A DNA stretch of 20,863 nucleotides from Ignavibacteria bacterium (lineage in GTDB: Bacteria; Elusimicrobiota; Endomicrobiia; PHAN01). Location: positions 1 through 20,863 of the forward strand of contig JBGFRZ010000075.1 of assembly GCA_041694835.1 (NCBI GenBank), read 5' to 3'. A program made the translations under genes and the position numbers. The notes beneath the pieces were generated by a model. The model made no database searches, was not told where the DNA came from, and worked only from the letters and a program-made list of their open reading frames with translations. Shown here one piece after another: positions 1 to 7,437 of the stretch; within the stretch, counting starts at the first letter, position 1; each line of letters opens with the position of its first letter.

Positions 1-18
1 TTTGTTTTCGTCAGAAAT

Positions 19-47
19 ATTATAGCAATTCCGGAGAGAAAATGCAA
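19..47 (-). promoter_or_regulatory. sigma70-type promoter directed out of the left end of the window
   Basis: The minus strand reads TTGCAT (47-42), a 17-nt spacer ending in TGC (extended -10 TGn), then TATAAT (24-19). Confidence 0.7.
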
Positions 48-115
48 ATGTTTTATCGTCGGATTTACCGACGAGAATTATTTCAAAAAACTAAAGAGGG
101 TTTTTCAACGCTCTC

Positions 116-144
116 ATTATACTATTTTTCCGTCTACATTTCAA
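116..144 (-). promoter_or_regulatory. second sigma70-type promoter, in tandem with the one at 19-47
   Basis: The minus strand reads TTGAAA (144-139), a 17-nt spacer, then TATAAT (121-116). Confidence 0.65.
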
Positions 145-219
145 TGAACTCTTGCTTTTTTCAGTAAGCCCCAATTTAAAAACATTTGAACTTAAGTCAT
201 CAGCCGTATTTTCGGAGAA

Positions 220-228
220 ATTATACCA
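220..228 (-). promoter_or_regulatory. possible third promoter (extended -10)
   Basis: The minus strand reads TGGTATAAT. The nearest -35-like hexamer (TTGTAA, 246-241) is only 15 nt away, so support comes mainly from the extended -10. Confidence 0.4.
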
Positions 229-273
229 AAAAAAAACAATTTACAATCATTTAAACCGCAAATCAATAAATCA

Positions 274-1272
274 TTATCGCTTTATGTATTTTATCCCGTC
301 AGTAAGAAAAGTTATGGAGCTGGCGGCGTCGGTTCTGTATACCTTAATTTTTTTCCTGTTAAGTCTTTCTACGACCTCGTCGTGCGGATGACCGTAAGGA
401 TTTCCGCGCCCGCAGGATATAACCGCAACCGTAGGAGCGACGGCGTCAAGAAAAGGAAGAGATGTCGAAGTGCGGCTGCCGTGGTGAGGTACTTTTAGTA
501 TGGTCGATTTCAGCTCTTTTTTCCAGCCAAGAAGCTCAAGCTCCGCCTCGGTTTCGATATCCCCTGTAAACAACACTGTAAAATTTTTATATCTTAACTT
601 CGCCACAAGCGAGGAGTTATTTGTGGGCGAAGGGTCTTTTGCGGTAAAAAGCGAGCGAAGCGTAAGGAATTTCAATTCAAAATCATCTTCTTTTACAGGG
701 AGAATGTCGCCGGGTGAGGGGTTGATGTACTTTATCTTTTTGGCGCCAACCTTGTTTAGAAGTTCTTCAAGATATGGATTGGCCGATGTCTGCCCGTTGT
801 TGACAAACAAATCGACCTGGAGTGAATCTATTATTTTGATGGCTCCGCCGAAGTGGTCAATATGTGGATGGGTTATTATTATGGCATCGAGTTTTGTTAA
901 GTTGTTTTTGTTGAAATAAGGAAGTATTACGCTTTCGGCGGCATCGACTTCGGTTATCAACTCGCCCTCTTCTCCCTCTTCTATCGTAGCGCCTTTGATG
1001 GAGCCGGCGTCTATTAGTATGTTTTTCCCTTCGGGAGTCGATATTAATGCGGAGTCTCCCTGTCCAACGTCGAAAAATACAACTTTGAGGAGTTTTTCGG
1101 TCTTAAAAATTTCGCTCTCCTGAACGTTCGCCTTGACATATTTTTTTACGAAAAACCACCACAGACCGACAACGAGAAACGCGAGAAAAAATACGATGGC
1201 ATTTTCTACGGTGAATATTCTTAACGTTTTTTTCCGGGTTTTCTGATATTCTTTAAATTTTTGTTCTTCCAT
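274..1272 (-). CDS. Stand-alone ComEC/Rec2-type metallo-beta-lactamase-fold hydrolase (probable nuclease) with an N-terminal membrane anchor
   Basis: Motifs FFDVGQGDS, LIDAG, THPHIDHFGG (HxHxDH), NNSS, LFTGDIE, LKVPHHGS, NPYGHPH and YRTD are all intact. Hydrophobic helix AIVFFLAFLVVGLWWFFV near the N-terminus. GAGGA RBS at 1289-1285. Confidence 0.92.
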   Translation of the reverse strand: MEEQKFKEYQKTRKKTLRIFTVENAIVFFLAFLVVGLWWFFVKKYVKANVQESEIFKTEKLLKVVFFDVGQGDSALISTPEGKNILIDAGSIKGATIEEGEEGELITEVDAAESVILPYFNKNNLTKLDAIIITHPHIDHFGGAIKIIDSLQVDLFVNNGQTSANPYLEELLNKVGAKKIKYINPSPGDILPVKEDDFELKFLTLRSLFTAKDPSPTNNSSLVAKLRYKNFTVLFTGDIETEAELELLGWKKELKSTILKVPHHGSRTSTSLPFLDAVAPTVAVISCGRGNPYGHPHDEVVERLNRKKIKVYRTDAASSITFLTDGIKYIKR

Positions 1273-1306
1273 GATATTTTGTATTCCTCAAGCAACTACC
1301 AGAGAC

Positions 1307-1315
1307 ATTATATCA
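1307..1315 (-). promoter_or_regulatory. possible internal extended -10 promoter for the MBL gene
   Basis: TGATATAAT on the minus strand in the 67-nt gap upstream of the MBL gene and its RBS. No well-spaced -35 seen. Confidence 0.4.
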
Positions 1316-1339
1316 AATTTGAAAATTCCAAACTTTTAC

Positions 1340-3625
1340 CTATTTGAACCACCAGACGATTTTCTTCAATAAGTGAATCGGCAGTTTGAAAATGTTGCTG
1401 ACATGGCTCCCTTTTATATAGTATTTTTTCGGAATACTTCTTAAAAACGGGGAGAGCTTGTTGTGGACTTTTTTCTCCCCCCACCAAAGCCGTTCATCGG
1501 CAAAGCTTAGGTAAAGGCGCTTCTTGGCGCGGGTTACCCCCACATAAAAAAGTCGTCTTTCCTCGTCAACACGTTTCTGTTTTTCCTTTTTCGTAAGTTG
1601 CTTGTCCTCTATGTGGGCAAGCGGCACTATGCCGTCCTCTATGCCCACAAAAAATACGGTGTCGAATTCAAGACCCTTCGCCGAATGAAGCGTCATTATG
1701 TTTACAGAGGCATCCCGCGACTTTATCGCCGACTGCTCGGTCTCCTTGGATTTTGTGGCTATAGAATCGAGAAATATCTCTATCTTTTCCCACAGCGGAT
1801 ACATGCTTGCGCCCGCAAAAGTTATTTTCTCGAAATCCTCGGCTTCGGAGAGCAAATTCTTATACATCTTATAGGAAAACTCTTCTTCCTTCGTCAGATT
1901 CGCTTTGTTTTCGTAACTCAAAAGCAAGCCACTGTTTTCGATAACGCCCCTTACGGCATCCGAAAACGACCCGGCGCAGGAAAGCTCGGTTATTAAACCC
2001 TTAAATCTTCCGAGATTTTTTGAATCCACACTCTCTTCACCAAATCTCATTTGTAGTTTTTTAAATGTCTCGTCGGATGTGAGGATATCGGACATGTTTA
2101 TAAGATGTCCCGCTATAATCATCGCTTCTCCTTTGAGTTTAGCGGGCGGGAGTCCCATGATAAGTTTTATGTTCTCGTTTAACTTGTCCGCGAGGACTTT
2201 TGGAATATCTCTGCCTTCCTTCCACAGACAGTAGTACAGCAACACAGTCAGGTATCCCTTGATGTGCCTGACTTCGGGGCGGGCCCAAAATCGCGGGTCG
2301 TAAATTATACACGGGATTTTCTCTTCATCAAGAATTTTTCTTATGATTTTATTCTGGAAGTTCGTTCTATAAAGTATAGCGAAGTCGCCGTAATTCAGTC
2401 CAGCGTGAAGCGATTTGAGGCGGTTGATTTCAAACGCTACGAATTTTATCTCATCATGCTCATCCCTCGCATGATATACCGATATCTTCTCCCCCCAGTC
2501 AAGTTCTCCAGTGAATTTATTTTTCAGCGGCTCTATGATTTTGAGCAAATGCTTTGGTTTGACCGACCTGAATATCTCGTTGGCCGCGGATATTATGGTG
2601 GCCGTGGAGCGGTAGTTCTTCACGAGTTTTATCCTTGTCGTCTGGGGATAGTCCTTCTCGAAAAACAGTATGTTTCTTATGTCGGCTCCACGCCAGCCGT
2701 AAATGGATTGGTCGTCGTCACCAACGCAAAAAAAATTCTGCCTGACGCCAACGAGAAGTTTGCACATCGTATACTGGGCGTAGTTCGTGTCCTGATACTC
2801 ATCAACGAGGACATATTTGAATTTCGCATGGTAGTGCTCAAGTATGTTTGGATATTCTCTGAAAAGTTTGACGGTGTATATGAGCATGTCGTTGAAGTCA
2901 ATCGCGCCACGATTTTTAAGCAACTCCTGATATCTTTCATAGATAGCTGCGCTCGTTTTTTCCTTCCGCGTGGCTTTTTTCTTAAAGGTCTCCACATCGA
3001 GAAGCTCATTTTTCACGTGCTCTATTTTAGAGGCGATATCGTCGTATTTAACGCCTTTATGATGGCCGGAAAAAAAAGTGTCGTATGCCTCCTTGATGAT
3101 TTTATAGTTGTCTTCGATTATTCCAAAACCCGGCCTCAAGTTTACAATCTCACAGTTATACTGCCCCGTGATGTTTTCCTTGAGAATTTTTAGCGCTATC
3201 GAGTGGAACGTCCCCATCCACATCTTGGATATCTCGGTAAGAATTGGGCCGGGGTCTGAGGCGGGCAGCGCCTCCAGCCATAATTCTTCAACGAATTTTC
3301 TTATCCTTGCGCGCATCTCCTCGGATGCCTTTACGGTGAAGGTCAGGGCGATTATTTGCGACGGCTCCACACCTTTAAGGAGCAGAAAAATTATCCTGTA
3401 TACAAGCGCTGTGGTTTTGCCAGAGCCGGCGCAGGCGAGTATGAGAAGTGGCCCATCGGTTTTATGGTCATGTAGAACACTCTCCATCTGCTCCGGATTA
3501 AGGTGAGAGCATATCTTCAGAAAACCCGGAAAAAGTTTGGTGTTCTTAAAATACTCGTATTCCCTGTCGAATATTTTCCTCTGAGCGGGGTTTAGCTGCG
3601 AAGTTATCTGCGCATGCTCCGTCAT
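1340..3625 (-). CDS. pcrA: UvrD/PcrA/Rep-family SF1 DNA helicase (divergent paralogue)
   Basis: LNPEQ Q-motif, ACAGSGKT Walker A, VDEYQDTN Walker B, VGDDDQSIYGWRGA, NYRST, ILYRTN, MTLHSAKGLEF, EERRLFYVGVTRA. The start overlaps the upstream stop (ATGA at 3625-3622). The symbol denotes family; orthology to housekeeping pcrA is not established. Confidence 0.9.
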   Translation of the reverse strand: MTEHAQITSQLNPAQRKIFDREYEYFKNTKLFPGFLKICSHLNPEQMESVLHDHKTDGPLLILACAGSGKTTALVYRIIFLLLKGVEPSQIIALTFTVKASEEMRARIRKFVEELWLEALPASDPGPILTEISKMWMGTFHSIALKILKENITGQYNCEIVNLRPGFGIIEDNYKIIKEAYDTFFSGHHKGVKYDDIASKIEHVKNELLDVETFKKKATRKEKTSAAIYERYQELLKNRGAIDFNDMLIYTVKLFREYPNILEHYHAKFKYVLVDEYQDTNYAQYTMCKLLVGVRQNFFCVGDDDQSIYGWRGADIRNILFFEKDYPQTTRIKLVKNYRSTATIISAANEIFRSVKPKHLLKIIEPLKNKFTGELDWGEKISVYHARDEHDEIKFVAFEINRLKSLHAGLNYGDFAILYRTNFQNKIIRKILDEEKIPCIIYDPRFWARPEVRHIKGYLTVLLYYCLWKEGRDIPKVLADKLNENIKLIMGLPPAKLKGEAMIIAGHLINMSDILTSDETFKKLQMRFGEESVDSKNLGRFKGLITELSCAGSFSDAVRGVIENSGLLLSYENKANLTKEEEFSYKMYKNLLSEAEDFEKITFAGASMYPLWEKIEIFLDSIATKSKETEQSAIKSRDASVNIMTLHSAKGLEFDTVFFVGIEDGIVPLAHIEDKQLTKKEKQKRVDEERRLFYVGVTRAKKRLYLSFADERLWWGEKKVHNKLSPFLRSIPKKYYIKGSHVSNIFKLPIHLLKKIVWWFK

Positions 3626-4209
3626 AATTTTTCAATGCAAACCTCTTTGTACATGCACATCGCACACCTTAAAGGTTCGCAGTGACTCCTTTTGACGCTT
3701 ATTTCCTCTTTGTTTTCAATCTTCCTTTTTACCTCAGCCAGCTCCTGCGCCGCTCTTGTAATCTCGCCCAGAAACGAGGCATCGTTGACTATGGTATCCT
3801 CAGAGTTGTCCTCGAGGTATTTTATTATTCCTTTTTGGGGTCTTAAATTGTATTCGTTTTCCACAAGAAGAAAATACGCTGAAAGCTGGACTTGATACTC
3901 AATTGGCATAGTAGTTTTTTTAATGCCCGACTTATAATCTATGACGATTACTTCTTTTGTTTCTTTGTTTTTAATTACCATATCCGGCCGACCGTAGAGC
4001 ATGGTCTCGTCGTTGAGCCACATGCTAAGCGCGCCCCTTTCGGGGACATCTTCATAAATTACCTCATAATCTCCCGAAGCGGTGTAAAACTTTCCCTTCC
4101 CTGCCGTCGCTCTTTTTCGTTTCTTTCTTTGGTAAGTAAAAAGCAAATCAAGGATTATTATAAGCACCATCAACGACAAAAACGCCATCAGATAGTAGAT
4201 GTATCTCAT
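3622..4209 (-). CDS. Cas4-like PD-(D/E)XK nuclease, C-terminal body, with an N-terminal transmembrane helix
   Basis: GRPD...IDYKSG catalytic motifs, QLSAY (QxxxY) and C-terminal RCAMCMYKEVC (CxxCx5C). The N-terminal helix YIYYLMAFLSLMVLIIILDLLF is followed by the basic run QRKKRKR. Confidence 0.85.
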   Translation of the reverse strand: MRYIYYLMAFLSLMVLIIILDLLFTYQRKKRKRATAGKGKFYTASGDYEVIYEDVPERGALSMWLNDETMLYGRPDMVIKNKETKEVIVIDYKSGIKKTTMPIEYQVQLSAYFLLVENEYNLRPQKGIIKYLEDNSEDTIVNDASFLGEITRAAQELAEVKRKIENKEEISVKRSHCEPLRCAMCMYKEVCIEKL

Positions 4210-4340
4210 TTGTTTTTTTCCGGATTTGGAATTGTCGGCAGTTTTTTCTTTTTCCTCATTACTTCAAAAAGCCATTTTTTTTTGCAATAGAACCAACTGC
4301 CCAATTCTGAGGGGAGAATCCTGGTGGTTTTTTTTTCCAT
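4206..4340 (-). CDS. 44-aa peptide matching the N-terminal (first Cys) segment of Cas4-like nucleases; not in the ORF track
   Basis: Hand translation: MEKKTTRILPSELGSWFYCKKKWLFEVMRKKKKLPTIPNPEKNK*. Its ATG overlaps the comEC stop (TAATG) and its TGA overlaps the next ATG (ATGA). ILPSELGSWFYCKKKW resembles the Cas4 N-terminal pattern I-x-x-S-x-(L/I)-x-x-aromatic-x-Y-C-x-(R/K)-x-W. Confidence 0.75.
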   Translation of the reverse strand: MEKKTTRILPSELGSWFYCKKKWLFEVMRKKKKLPTIPNPEKNK

Positions 4341-7195
4341 TATTTCAGAATTGTTTTGATAGTATAATTTTCTCCGTCCGATGTCCAGATGGCGGCGCCC
4401 TGCTTGTCCGTTCTTATAGGCTTGATATCATGAATGTCTAAATTCTGGATGGTGCGTTGGATTTCGGATTCGTGGAAGTAATCGTCTGTTCTTCTCGCTC
4501 TTGGTACAAAACCATACTGGAAGACCGCATATTTAGGGGCGACAGTCTCGAGGAGTTCAGCGGTGAGAGCGGCGGGATTTCCGTTTTTTGGGAGCAAGAG
4601 CACGTCGCTTGGAAGCGCATCGGCGCGCTTTTCCACAAGTTCCCACTGAGCAGCACGGCCCAATTGTGTAGTAATCAACACGCTCGTTTTTCCATAGCTA
4701 ACCCTGACGGTTGAGGCGTTATCCTCGGCACCGGCGGCATCCGCTCCTTGCAGGAGCGCGACCTTAAATACATTGTCCCCGAATTTTCTTTCATAAATTA
4801 TATCGCCCGAAACGGCTTTTTTCACTTTTGTATTGTCTCTGGTTATAATCTCCTTAAGTTCGTACCACGCCAGATAGAGATTCGCCGCTTGAGAAGAGCG
4901 CGGATTTGCAAGAAGACGCCAGTCGCCGTAAATCGTCAAAAATTTATGATAACCGGTCCCGTAAGTCAGGTCGTCCGGGTTGTAAGGCAGATATATCTTC
5001 CCTGCCCGCCAGTGGTTTAAGATATGAGACGCTCCGCTGATGTTCGATGGCTTGATAGCGGTAAGCACAAGATAATCGAGTTTTCTTATATTATATCTGG
5101 AAAATGCCGGAGCGATGACACTGGAACCTGCCCCCCACTCCCCGCCGGTCCCGGCATCTATGAGAATCGATTTTCTATCAGGGGTTTCTATTAAGACGGA
5201 ATTGCCAAAGCCAACATCGAAAAAAGTAATTCTTGAAGTGTGTTTCTGGGTCGCATAGATGATAGATATAACGGCAGCAATCAACACAAATATGGCTGAG
5301 CCGATGTGAAAGAACCTTTTTCTCAGATACCCTTCTTCAAATACGTCCGCCAATCTCAAAAAAAGCAGCCTTGCCTGATATCTGAGCGGCGTCCAGAATA
5401 CGAAAAGCAAAACCCCAAGGTAATAAACAAGTAGCTCAAACGGCGATGGGATGCTCATATAAGGATAAGGGAAAAGCCTCGCAAAAAAAGTCGCCATGCC
5501 CATAAATAATCTGCAGCAAAGCCAGTTGAAGGCGTTTATCCACAGAGCGAGTGTTATGCCGACCGAGGAAAGTCCTACGCTCGTGAAAACGAGGTCTATG
5601 AGTCCTGCGAGAAGTCCGAACTGGACTATGAATCCTATAAGGGGTATCGCTATGAAGTTTGCATACATCCCGGCTATCGGAAATCTCTGGAAGTAAACGG
5701 CGCTCAAGGGATACATCATACCTATCTGGATCGCGAACTGTGCGTAAAAGAAGGCGACAAACCATTTTGGAAGGTATTCGATGCCGAAGCCGCTTAGGGG
5801 CGTTCTTCTCTCGCGCATTATAGCGACAGTAAAAAGAAGAGCGAAAATTATCAGATACTTTATCACGAAATCGCCGTCCTGAAATATCGCAGGATTTATA
5901 ATGACAAGAACTGTGGAGCCAAGCACAAGTGTGATAAAAACGAGAAAGAGCCAGCCACGACCGATGAATTTGAATACACGTTCAACCGGGCCCGTTATCA
6001 TCGCCAACGACCAAACGGCCATAAACGAAAGCACAAAACTTCCGTCGGGAAGTTTCAGCGGGTCGAATATCAATATGATCATCGCTGTGATGGGTATGGT
6101 GAGGACAGAAGCATGGCCGAGGCGCATCTTCATTACGGAGCGGAAGAATTCCATTATTGAAAACATTATAGCGGCGCGGCGCGTCGCCGGAGATGCGCCC
6201 GTAATCAGAGCAAATATGATAAGTCCGAATGCGACGAAAACGAAAGAAAACTTCGAAGGAAGTTTCATTATTTTTGAAAACGCTATGAGCAAGAACGCCA
6301 CAAATCCTACGTGAAGGCCGCTGACAGCCAGGACATGTGCTACGCCCGTGGCCTGAAACTCGCTTTTCACCTTCAAGGGAACGCCTCCTCGAAGACCCAA
6401 TGTAACGCCGCCTAAAAAAGCCGACTCGGGATAAGGCATCGTCTTTCTTATGGTGAGAAGTATTCTTTTTTTAAGGCCCAGCGCTATCCTCCAGAGGACC
6501 GGAATTTCCCCTGTTCCAATATAAGTGATGTCTTCCGTGCCTCTCAATGGGCGAGTGGTAGCGTATATGTTTCTCGCCTTCAGGTATGCGGCGTAGTTGA
6601 ATCCGGCGGGATTTGAGAGTTTTCTTGGTTCATTTATTGAGGAGGTGATTTCTATCCTGTCACCGTACGATATTGAGTGATAGTAATCGCCTATGCTCGG
6701 ATATATCTTGGCGCGGATATATCCTGTTTTTCCTTTCAACTTTACGACGTTCCACGGCTCTCTTTCCGGGTCGGGTATTATTTCATCCGGTAGTATGTCG
6801 ATATTCGTGAAATCATCTCTCTGGTCGGGGTCAGCTATTATCGTCCCTTTTACCTTTGTCTGAGCAAAGAAAGATGCGTCAAGAAATTTCGTTATGTGAT
6901 GTTCCGATGTGATGTCAACCTCGCGGTAGTAGTTTGCCGTGGCCGAAAAAAACGCGGCGAACATTATAAAAACCACCGCGACTTTTCTTTTTCTCGCAAG
7001 AAAATTCAAAATCCCGGCAAGCAACATAAGCCCGGCAATCAACCATATAGTCGTATTAAGCGAAAAAGGAATGAAAGACAAAAACGGGATGAAATCGCCA
7101 ATAGGCTTCCATGCGGGAAGTCCCGGAAAAAAAATAAAAGGGAAAGCAACGCCAGATACATAAGCGTAAGAAAGCCAGATTACAAAAATTTCCAT
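4340..7195 (-). CDS. comEC: ComEC/Rec2 DNA uptake channel (DUF4131/OB region, Competence domain, degenerate MBL domain)
   Basis: NPAGFNYAAYL, FQATGVAHVLAVSGLHVGF, TGASPATRRAAIM, SFVLSF and ANFIAIP, with many TM helices. C-terminal FFDVGFGNS/LIDAG/IRTDKQGA MBL scaffold lacks the metal ligands. Confidence 0.93.
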   Translation of the reverse strand: MEIFVIWLSYAYVSGVAFPFIFFPGLPAWKPIGDFIPFLSFIPFSLNTTIWLIAGLMLLAGILNFLARKRKVAVVFIMFAAFFSATANYYREVDITSEHHITKFLDASFFAQTKVKGTIIADPDQRDDFTNIDILPDEIIPDPEREPWNVVKLKGKTGYIRAKIYPSIGDYYHSISYGDRIEITSSINEPRKLSNPAGFNYAAYLKARNIYATTRPLRGTEDITYIGTGEIPVLWRIALGLKKRILLTIRKTMPYPESAFLGGVTLGLRGGVPLKVKSEFQATGVAHVLAVSGLHVGFVAFLLIAFSKIMKLPSKFSFVFVAFGLIIFALITGASPATRRAAIMFSIMEFFRSVMKMRLGHASVLTIPITAMIILIFDPLKLPDGSFVLSFMAVWSLAMITGPVERVFKFIGRGWLFLVFITLVLGSTVLVIINPAIFQDGDFVIKYLIIFALLFTVAIMRERRTPLSGFGIEYLPKWFVAFFYAQFAIQIGMMYPLSAVYFQRFPIAGMYANFIAIPLIGFIVQFGLLAGLIDLVFTSVGLSSVGITLALWINAFNWLCCRLFMGMATFFARLFPYPYMSIPSPFELLVYYLGVLLFVFWTPLRYQARLLFLRLADVFEEGYLRKRFFHIGSAIFVLIAAVISIIYATQKHTSRITFFDVGFGNSVLIETPDRKSILIDAGTGGEWGAGSSVIAPAFSRYNIRKLDYLVLTAIKPSNISGASHILNHWRAGKIYLPYNPDDLTYGTGYHKFLTIYGDWRLLANPRSSQAANLYLAWYELKEIITRDNTKVKKAVSGDIIYERKFGDNVFKVALLQGADAAGAEDNASTVRVSYGKTSVLITTQLGRAAQWELVEKRADALPSDVLLLPKNGNPAALTAELLETVAPKYAVFQYGFVPRARRTDDYFHESEIQRTIQNLDIHDIKPIRTDKQGAAIWTSDGENYTIKTILK

Positions 7196-7202
7196 AATTT
7201 AC

Positions 7203-7265
7203 CCCGTTAGAAATCCGATGTCAAAGGCATCGGCATCCTGCCATGGCGAGATTATTTCTAACGGG
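7203..7265. repeat. Small palindromic element with a perfect 12-bp terminal inverted repeat and an internal hairpin (REP/MITE-like)
   Basis: CCCGTTAGAAAT (7203-7214) pairs with ATTTCTAACGGG (7254-7265). Inner stem CCGATG (7215-7220)/CATCGG (7228-7233). Palindrome GCCATGGC at 7240-7247. Confidence 0.8.
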
Positions 7266-7416
7266 ATATACTTTTTTTTGTCACCGACGGATAATAGTTT
7301 TCATTGGTCTGATAAATCTGCTCGACAGTGTGGTCTTTTTTGACAAAGCTTATTATAGCGCCCGCTATAATCGCTACGGCAATCATTAGAATAAGTATCT
7401 TTGATGCGGCATCCAT
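7258..7416 (-). CDS. 52-aa single-pass membrane peptide, hypothetical; not in the ORF track
   Basis: Hand translation: MDAASKILILMIAVAIIAGAIISFVKKDHTVEQIYQTNENYYPSVTKKSISR*. One clear hydrophobic helix followed by KK, preceded by an extended -10. Confidence 0.55.
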   Translation of the reverse strand: MDAASKILILMIAVAIIAGAIISFVKKDHTVEQIYQTNENYYPSVTKKSISR

Positions 7417-7424
7417 AGTTAGTG

Positions 7425-7433
7425 ATTATACCA
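7425..7433 (-). promoter_or_regulatory. extended -10 promoter, probable start of the comEC transcription unit
   Basis: TGGTATAAT on the minus strand, 8 nt before the ATG at 7416. TTGCGA lies 19 nt upstream of the -10 (suboptimal spacing). Confidence 0.55.
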
Positions 7434-7437
7434 AATT

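Noticed and set aside
3622-4340. CRISPR-Cas adaptation module
   Set aside because: The Cas4-like gene is solitary, membrane-anchored and coupled to comEC and a helicase; no other cas genes are in the window.
7203-7265. Integron attC site
   Set aside because: The arms are in the order GTTAGAA...TTCTAAC, the reverse of the RYYYAAC...GTTRRRY arrangement; there is no cassette array, and the tyrosine recombinase looks like ordinary XerC in its usual context.
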